From NCBI GenBank assembly GCA_951406725.2, contig OX597814.1, positions 165,168,001 to 165,232,000 on the forward strand: a DNA stretch of 64,000 bases. The letters run 5' to 3'. This document shows, one piece after another, positions 56,040-64,000 of this stretch. Below the pieces are notes generated by a model that ran no database searches, was not told the origin of the DNA, and saw only the letters and a list, made by a program, of their open reading frames with translations. How positions within the stretch are numbered: the stretch's first letter is position 1; every line of letters starts with the position of its first letter. This DNA is from Octopus vulgaris. Its lineage: Eukaryota. Made by a program: the position numbers and the translations under genes.

Positions 56040-56560
56040 ACTTTTTAAGTTTGGAAGAAGATGCACTGTCCATGACCTTTGCATATACTCCGAGACTAGT
56101 AAGAGCGATATCATATATACTCGTTTTGAAGGCAGCGAGCTGGCAGAATCGTTAGCATGCTTAGAGGTATTTTGTCTGTTGTTATGTTCTGAGTTCAAAT
56201 TCCGCCGAGGTCGACTTTGCCTTTCATCCTTTCGGGGTCGATAAATTAAGTACCAGTTGCGTACTGGGGTCGATCTAATCGATTGGTCCTCTCCCCCAAA
56301 ATTTTGGGCCTTGTTCCTAGTGTAGAAAAGATTAATATTCGTTTTGAACAATCGCAAGTCAACACCTATTGAAAAGACATGACCTGGGAGGGAGTTCCAA
56401 AAGCTACACATTCTAGAAAGCGGTCTGAGTGTAGGGGTTGCTATGTGATGACCTGTGATGGAACAGCTTAACAACAGAAGGGTGATGATAGGAGGTGAGA
56501 CAAATTGTAGGAAATACTTAAGTGTAGTTAGCACTAGTTGATCCAGCTGTGAAGAACAGA
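56040..56560 (-). mobile_element. LINE ORF2 extreme 3' end (CR1/Jockey-group), split by SINE A
   Basis: RMCSFWNSLPGHVFSIGVDLRLFKT matches the LWNSLP..VF...DL..FK C-terminal signature. Confidence 0.6.
56131..56338 (+). mobile_element. SINE family A (short-tail form) with 10-bp TSD
   Basis: TCGTTTTGAA at 56121-56130 and 56339-56348. Confidence 0.93.
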
Positions 56561-56589
56561 GGTTATTATTATAGGGTTTTTTTTTCTTC

Positions 56590-56800
56590 TTTTCTACAAC
56601 AGGCATAAGGGCTGAAATTTTTGAGTAATGAACTATTCGATTAAATTTATTCCAGTGCTCAACTGACACTTATTTTATCGACTCTGAGGCGATGAAAGAC
56701 AAATGGGCCTCGGCGGAATTTGAACTCAGAACGTAATACTAGAAAAATTGCCGTTAAGCATTTTGTCTGGCGAGCCATCGATTCTGGCAATTCGCTACCT
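56590..56800 (-). mobile_element. SINE family A, diverged
   Basis: CTCGGCGGAATTTGAACTCAGAACGTAA on the + strand. Confidence 0.8.
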
Positions 56801-56929
56801 TAGAGAATTTTTTAATAGATTTCGCTCCAAAATAGTAATGTTGGCAACAGTACAATAGCAGCAGTAAATTCAACTCTAGTCAATAAGCATAGAAGGTGAA
56901 AGAGAACTACTAACTATCCTTTAGAGAAC

Positions 56930-57400
56930 CAATATACCGAAAGCCTTAGAAAAACATTAAAAAACGAGATAAAGTATGACATTGAAGTTTCTGCAATGTC
57001 TTCAACGATTATTTTCTCCTTCCCTATTTCTCTGTAGAATGTTTTCGCTTTGGATGTGAACGGCTTATTTTTCTTGTAAAACATTTTTCTTGTCAGATCT
57101 TCGTATTCTTTGAGCATTTGCGTGGACATTTTGCTGCAGATATATGATGTTTTGCAAACAACTTGCACATGCAAGTGCTACCAGTCGAAAGCTCTGCATA
57201 CCGGAAGCCAGCAAGTGTATGGGGTCATCAGGAGAGAATGCGCGTCGTTTCGAGACCTACCTCTCGACGGCATCAATACTCATCGGCCCTCCTCACTGAT
57301 ATGAAGCCCCGCTTGCTAGATCAGCTGGTTATCAAATAAAGCTCAATATTCATCTAGCCATCGCTCATCGTCTCTTTTTAGCCAAATCCAGTCTGCTAGC
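56930..57400 (-). mobile_element. R4/Dong-like fragment
   Basis: QMLKEYEDLTRKMFYKKNKPFTSKAKTFYREIGKEKI parallels RY..R...Y.QN..F...K.FY.E of R4-clade N-termini. Confidence 0.55.
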
Positions 57401-57603
57401 CTTTTCCACTGTAGTTTGGATATCGGTCATGGTAGTATTTATTTTACGATCAGTTAGGTATAACGATAACAACAATCGCCTCACACAGATATATGTGAAT
57501 ATAATAATGTTTGTTTTTATGATCAGTTATAATAAAAAAAAAATTACATTTATCTGAAGGATTACCCCATACTTTTGTAGAGTGCAAATTTATTATTCTT
57601 TAA

Positions 57604-57715
57604 CACGAATAGTATTGACAGTAACTTCGAAGTTTCAGCCAGTTAAACCATCGTCGGATTGAGGATGGCTTCCCAGGCCGAAACTTCGAAAGTCACTGTC
57701 AATACTGTTCTTGTG
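57604..57715. ncRNA. Imperfect fold-back made of two back-to-back hammerhead-like motifs, one per strand
   Basis: + strand UUGAGGA-U-GGC(UUCCCAG)GCC-GAA-ACUU(CGA)AAGU-C; - strand CCGACGA-U-GGU(UUAACUG)GCU-GAA-ACUUCGAAGU-U. Confidence 0.6.
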
Positions 57716-57744
57716 AATGAAGAATATTTGTGTGTGTGTTCTTT

Positions 57745-58391
57745 TATTCCTCTATTCTTTTACTCGTTTCAGTCAGTTGACTGCGGCCATGCTGGAGGAC
57801 CATCTTACAGGGATTTTAGTCGAAGAACTCGACCCCTGAACTTGTTCTTTGAATGCCTAGTTCTTATTCTATCGGTCTCTTATGCCAGACTGCTAAGTTA
57901 TAGGGACGTAAACACACCACTGTCGATTGTCAAGCGATGGTAGGAGACAAACACAGACACAAGGACACACACGCATATATATGTATACTCTTTAATCTTT
58001 TACTTGTTTCAGTCATTTGACTGCGGCCATGCTGGAGTACCGCCTTTAGTTGAGCAAATCGCCCCCAGGACTTATTCTTTGTAAGCCTAGCACTTATTCT
58101 ATCTCTTTTGCTGAACCGCTAATTTACGGGGGTGTAAACACACCAGCATCGGTTCTCAAGCGATGGTGGGAGGTACAAACACAGACACACAAACACATAC
58201 ACACGCATACGTATATATATACATATATACGACGAGCTTCTTTTAGTTACCGTCTACCAAATCCACTCACAAGGCTTTGGTCAGCCCGAGGCTATAGTAG
58301 AAGACACTTGCCCAATGTGCCACGCAGTGGGACTGAACCGAGAACCATGTGGTTGGTAAGCAAGCTACTTACCACACAGCCACTCCTGCGC

Positions 58392-58437
<46 letters not shown>

Positions 58438-58490
58438 GACGGGCTTCTTTCAGTTTCCGCATATGTTTGGGAAGCAAGCTTCTTGCCACA
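57745..58490 (-). mobile_element. SINE family B cluster: diverged 3' half (57745-57980), full copy (57988-58393), partial (58436-58490)
   Basis: Reverse complements of the B consensus. Confidence 0.88.
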
Positions 58491-58845
58491 CAAACAAACA
58501 CACACACACACACACATTTATGTATATATATTTATATATCGCTCTAGTGTCAATCAATTATATGTATTTATATGTGTGTGTATGCCAGTATACATTATGA
58601 TTATTTTTACGAATAACATAAAGCCACATCAGTTGCATAGAACGACAATACAATAAATTAAAAAAATGTTGATTTCCCCCCGTCCTCCTCCTCCAAACCG
58701 TCAAATATCAGTAGTCTTTCGACACTTCCCCAAAAATGTCCGTGTCAGTCAAGTGGTTGAAGTGTTAAGTAAGAGAGAATTTGATTGAGACAGAGAGAAA
58801 AGGGGAGATGACGAGTGTGTGTGTGTGTGTATGCGTGCGTGTATG

Positions 58846-58888
<43 letters not shown>

Positions 58889-59053
58889 GTGTGTGTGTGA
58901 GAGATGTGTGTGTGTGTGTGAATCTCTCGCTCTCTAAGAGAGCAGAGGTCAAGGATCCATGACCTATATATTTGGCAGGAATAATAAACAATGGTAACAA
59001 CACATTACCGCTACAGCACCGCCACCACCACAACTAATAGTCTGCGTGTGTAA

Positions 59054-59117
<64 letters not shown>

Positions 59118-59268
59118 AACAATTAGCAGTTAATACTTTATTACAATACCGCACCCCCGTCAGCACCACCACCATCACATCACCTCACTACCACCACAAC
59201 CATTATCACCATCTCCACCAATATATACACACACACATATACATATGCATACACACACACACCACGTA

Positions 59269-59304
<36 letters not shown>

Positions 59305-59794
59305 TGTATATATAAATTACCATCTCCGTCAACATCACCGCCTCAAATCATACAACCGCTACCATCTCCACGCAGCGTCTAACATCATCGAAACCAGAGT
59401 AATAATACAATAATGTAACTAAAACAACTACTACTACTACTACTACTATTACTACTACTACAACTACAACTACAACAACTACTACAACTACTACTACTAC
59501 AACTACTACTACTACAACTACTACTACTACTACTGCTGCTGTTGCTGCTGCCGCGGCGGCGGCGGTGGCGGCTGGTACTACTGCTGCTACTACTACTAAT
59601 ACATGACAACCGTAATTCGAATTACAATTAGCAGTTAATACAGCACCACCACCATCAACACCACCTCACTACCGCCACAACCACTATTACCACCTCCACT
59701 ATTATTATTACTACCACTACTACTACTACTATAACTACTACTACTACTGCTGCTGCTAGGAAGGGACATAACCATAAATATCACAGTCATACAC

Positions 59795-60650
59795 CATAGG
59801 TTCTCAAAATGAGCGCTACCGCCCTCCGGTGGACGTTGAGAGGGTCCAGGTTGGCGCTGGTGTCTAAGGGGGTAGTGCAGAGAGGGCACTGGGAGGAAGG
59901 CAGTGGATTGGGGGACGTTATGAATTTATAATATTATTATAGTATTGCATACAAATTATATAATATTATATTAAATATCAAATGATTCATAGTATATGTA
60001 AGTTTGTGAAATATAAAATTCGAGCAAAACGCTCCCCGTTCAATGGACGGTGCTGAATCATATCTGCTGAATAAAAAGCAATCAATGTTTTCTTTTCATT
60101 AAAAAATAATTAAGCATGCCTTTATTTCAATAAAATATTTGGTTTTGTTAAACGAAGTTAAGGCAAAAAAAAAAAAACTTCTTGAGCAACCAAATAGTCT
60201 TTCCTTCCTTCATGCCAAGTTTGATGAAAATATCTCTTTTGCATCTTACTTTTTTGGTCTCTTAAATATACTGCATTTTGTGGCATTATTTCAAGCCAGC
60301 CGGCTTTTTTTTGCGCAAACTACACGTGCATTTTTCTCGCGTACACATAGTATCGATCGCAACAGCTGATGTACTTGCGTGTACAAATGCACGTTCCCAC
60401 GGCTTTATCGATCGCATTCACACCTGGAATCGATTTTTGTAATTTTTTCAAGACTTATACACGTCGATATCTACTAATCAAATTTGAGCGCAATCGGATG
60501 GAGGATGCCCGAGATCTTAGAAGACACACACAGAGACAGACAGAACGGATTTTATATAATAGATTTATCTATACATAAAAATAGGGGTGGGGCGCTGAGA
60601 GTATTATGTGGCCATGAGGGTGGGTGGCCCAAAAAGTTTGAGAACCTCTG
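59795..60650. mobile_element. hAT/Charlie-like MITE interrupted by a Helitron
   Basis: TIRs CATAGGTTCTCAAA / TTTGAGAACCTCTG; 8-bp flanks TCATACAC / TTTTACAC. Confidence 0.75.
60021..60563 (-). mobile_element. Non-autonomous Helitron-like element, copy 2
   Basis: Minus strand starts TCTATTATATAAAATCCGTTCTGTCTGTC and ends CCGTCCATTGAACGG-GGAGCGTTTTGCTCG; homologous to 20440-20788. Confidence 0.8.
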
Positions 60651-60822
60651 TTTTACACCAACCCCCACCGCTACGGCCAACAATGGCACCAACGGTTAAT
60701 AATTCTTGTAATGAAATTGTAATGGTTTTTAGTTGGAGTGATGGTTATTTTTCTGGTTGAATTAGTGATAGTTGTTGTTGTAATGATGGTGGCAATGGTT
60801 TTGTGATAGTATTGATGGTAAG

Positions 60823-61145
60823 GAGAGGCGCAATAGCCCAGTGGTTAGGGCAGTGGACTCGCGGTCGGAGGATCGCGGTTTCGATTCCCAGACCGGGCGT
60901 TGTGTGTGTTTATTTAGCGAAAACACTTAAAAGATCCACGAGGCTCCGGCAGTGGGTGGTGGCGACCCCTGTTGTACTCTTTCGCCACAACTTTCTCTCA
61001 CTCTCTCTTCCTGTTTCTTGAGTAACGCTGGGATGATGGACTGGCGTCCCGTCCAGCTGGAGGGGGGACATATGCGCCCACAGAAACCGGGCCCATGAGC
61101 CTGGCTAGGCTTGAAAAGGGCGACGTTTATCGTTTTTTTGTTTTT
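60823..61145 (+). mobile_element. tRNA-derived SINE with V-domain-like block, T-rich tail and 14-bp TSD
   Basis: A box TAGCCCAGTGG, B-like box GGTTTCGATTCCC, GATGGACTGGCGTCCCGTCCAG; TSD GTATTGATGGTAAG at 60809-60822 and 61146-61159. Confidence 0.9.
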
Positions 61146-62376
61146 GTATTGATGGTAAGTTGCGATTATAGTTGTGGTAATGGCTGTGAATATAGCTGTG
61201 GTAGTGGGATCACGACCCCACCCCACCCCGATGAATACCATATCCATCACAGCCTCTACTACAACTACAATCCTCTCAACCACTAGCAACAACAAATATT
61301 ACAACTAACCTAGACTACCTCCGCGATCCTGACCACCACTACCACTACTACAACCAGTGCCAGTGTAAACTAAGTTTCCATCTTCAAAGATATACGCACA
61401 AAACTGTTGGTTTGGTCTTTTCTACATGTAACATTAGATCTGGAATTTATATTTGTTCGCCCACACACACCGCACACACGCACACACCCACACAGAGATT
61501 ACGTTATTTTCGCAACTTCCAACACTACCCCCTGCCTATTGCCCCATCACTGTTACCATTATTGCTAACACTATCACTCTTCATTAAATCTCAACTTAAC
61601 CCCCACCTTATTGATGTTATTCGGTAAGGGAATCCACGCTGTTTTTCTTGTTCTTTCAATTATATCTGCTTTATTTATTTATTTTGTTATATTTGAAGGG
61701 GAGTAGGGAATCGGTATGTGGTATTTATTAAACTGGCAACGATGTCTGGGTAATATCGGATTCAGTAAATAAGGGCACCTGGATCTTTTAAAAAATTTTC
61801 TAACCACTTGAAGTTTTCAAATTTGCATCAGTTTTTTCTCTCTAAGTTTTTACCTTGATGTAATTTTGCTTGCTGATGATGAAAATCACATTCATTTTTT
61901 TTCTTGCAAATAATAATAATAAAATTAGAAGCATTTAAAATTGTAGTTTTAGCCAATTGGAGGCCTCCATTTCCGATTTTCTTTAACTAAAAAGGTGATT
62001 GGAAGAATTTTAAGAAGATCTGAATACTCAAAGATATCGAAATCCTAGCTAAAAAAATCCGCTCTTTGTTGACTATGGATTTGTTGGAGAAATCAATAAT
62101 AAGGTTAAAAGCATTTATAATTATGTAACTTTAGGCAAATGGAAGCTCCCATTGCCGACATAGCAGAAATCGCAACTGTCTGTCTCTATGATAAAAGCAC
62201 ACACACACACATAATGACGAGATAACAAAAACGAAATAACAAAAACGAGATAACAAAAACGAAACCTTTACGTGGTCTCTCGACCTGTTAGATATAGTAG
62301 CCAAATCTTGGTTAAAGTATACCATAACGTCTAAAATAAAGAAAGTACATTGTGCCATAGAATTTATTTCCTCGCT

Positions 62377-63098
62377 TAACTGGTACTTATTTAATCGACC
62401 CCGAAAGGATGAAAGGAAAAGTCGATCTCGGTGGAATTTGAACTCAGAACGTAGCGGCAGACGAAATACGGCTAAGCATTTCGCCGTATTTCGTTTCTTA
62501 TTTCTTTACTACCCACAAGGGGCTAAACACAGAGGGGACAAACAAGGACATACAGACGGATTAAGTCGATTATATCGACCCCAGTGCGTAACTGGTAAAT
62601 AATTTATCAACTCCGAAAGGATAAAAGGTAAAGTCGACCTCGGCGGAATTTGAACTCAGAACGTAAGGGCAGACGAAATACCTATTTCTTTACTACCCAC
62701 AAGGGGCTAAACACAGAGGGGACAAACAAGGACATACAGACGGATTAAGTCGATTATATCGACCCCAGTGCGTAACTGGTAAATAATTTATCGACTCCGA
62801 AAGGATAAAAGGTAAAGTCGACCTCGGCGGAATTTGAACTCAGAACGTAAGGGCAGACGAAATACCTATTTCTTTATTACCCACAAGGGGCTAAACACAG
62901 AAGGGACAAACAAGGACAGACAAAGGTATTAAGTCGATTACATCGACCCCAGTGCGTAACTGGTACTTAATTTATCGACCCCGAAAGGATGAAAGGCAAA
63001 GTCGACCTCGGCGGAATTTGAACTCACAACGTAATGCAGACGAAATACCGCTAAGCATTTCGCCCGGCGTGCTAACGTTTCTGCCAGCTCGTCGCCTT
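62377..63098 (-). mobile_element. SINE family A concatemer (about 4 units) with a 184-bp near-perfect internal duplication
   Basis: Unit boundaries at about 62500, 62684 and 62868; head GGCGACGAGCTGGCAGAAACG at the right end on -. Confidence 0.92.
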
Positions 63099-63473
63099 CG
63101 GATCTCCATTATTAATTATCTCCTGCACGATTGTCTACCACGTTCAGATATTTATTAATTACATAAACAATTTAAAAAATATTCTTTTACTTCCATTTCA
63201 TTTAACTGTCTGCCATTTTATATATCTAATACAAAAGATCACCATATTCACTGTAGCACTTTCTTATCTGTTCAAGTGCATCAGTCACAGAAAATATGCA
63301 TCTTTTCCTCAGACTAATAATATATGTATAGAACATTAAGCTTGTTATATATTTCGGTTGCAGCTATCGCCTTTGATTGAAACATATATATTCAATTATG
63401 TTTACAGAATAAGAATTTAGAAACTTGATAAAACATAGCTATATGTAAAAATAAACATTAACTGAGTAGAATA

Positions 63474-63685
63474 AGGCGGCGAGTTGGCAGAATAGTTAGC
63501 ATGCCAGGCAAATTGCTTAACGGCCTTTCGTCCGTCTTTACGTTCTAGGTTCAAATACCGCCGTGGTCAACTTTGCCCTTCATCCTTTCGAGGTCGACCA
63601 AATAAGTACCAGTTGAGTACTGGGGTCGATGAAGTTGACTCCTTCCACTCAAAATAATGTTCGCCTTGTGTCAAAATTTGAAGCC
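63474..63685 (+). mobile_element. SINE family A, diverged
   Basis: GGCGGCGAGTTGGCAGAATAGTTAGC head, B-box, central domain and short tail. Confidence 0.85.
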
Positions 63686-64000
63686 ATTTGTTTCTATCTA
63701 AATTCTATCTAAAATTTGTCAGCAGAGTTGTTGTTGCTGTTATTGTTGTTTGAAACATAGCTGACTGTCGCTCTTATTATTCAAGAAATTTCTCGACTTT
63801 GACCTGATTGTAACTGAAGTTGCTAATAAAATGTTCGGATAATTTTTGATGGTTAACAAGGAAAATTCTTTTTGCTATTTTGAATTCCAAGTCAACTTTT
63901 TGCCTGTACTAACATCTAATTTGATCATTTTTCAATATTCAAAATATGATTCTAAAGTGGGGCAAAATGAGTAATGAATAATTTTAATCTTATTTCGTTA

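Noticed and set aside
60827-60897. Possible tRNA gene
   Set aside because: It is the tRNA-derived head of a TSD-flanked SINE, with no proper acceptor stem. The same applies to the A, B and C heads.

Overview
This is AT-rich, repeat-saturated eukaryotic DNA, intergenic or inside a very large intron. The SINE families, microsatellite density and TTAGGG repeat point to an octopus or other coleoid cephalopod (inference). I could not identify an intact host protein-coding gene; almost all ORFs in the supplied track are microsatellite translations or broken transposon frames. The window holds four or five tRNA-derived SINE families in dozens of copies, some as head-to-tail concatemers. It also holds decayed non-LTR retroelements (R4/Dong-like, RTE, CR1-like, Jockey/I-like, Tx1/L1-like) and several Penelope-like element (PLE) fragments with GIY-YIG or RT remnants. 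DNA transposons include a Tigger/pogo derivative, hAT-type MITEs, an 8-bp-TSD MITE carrying telomeric repeats, and two copies of a small Helitron. The most interesting signal is a set of minimal hammerhead-ribozyme-like motifs together with four fold-back palindromes, three of which turn at or beside such a motif, including an inverted double hammerhead at about 57.6 kb. Second is the ordered concatemer architecture of the main SINE.
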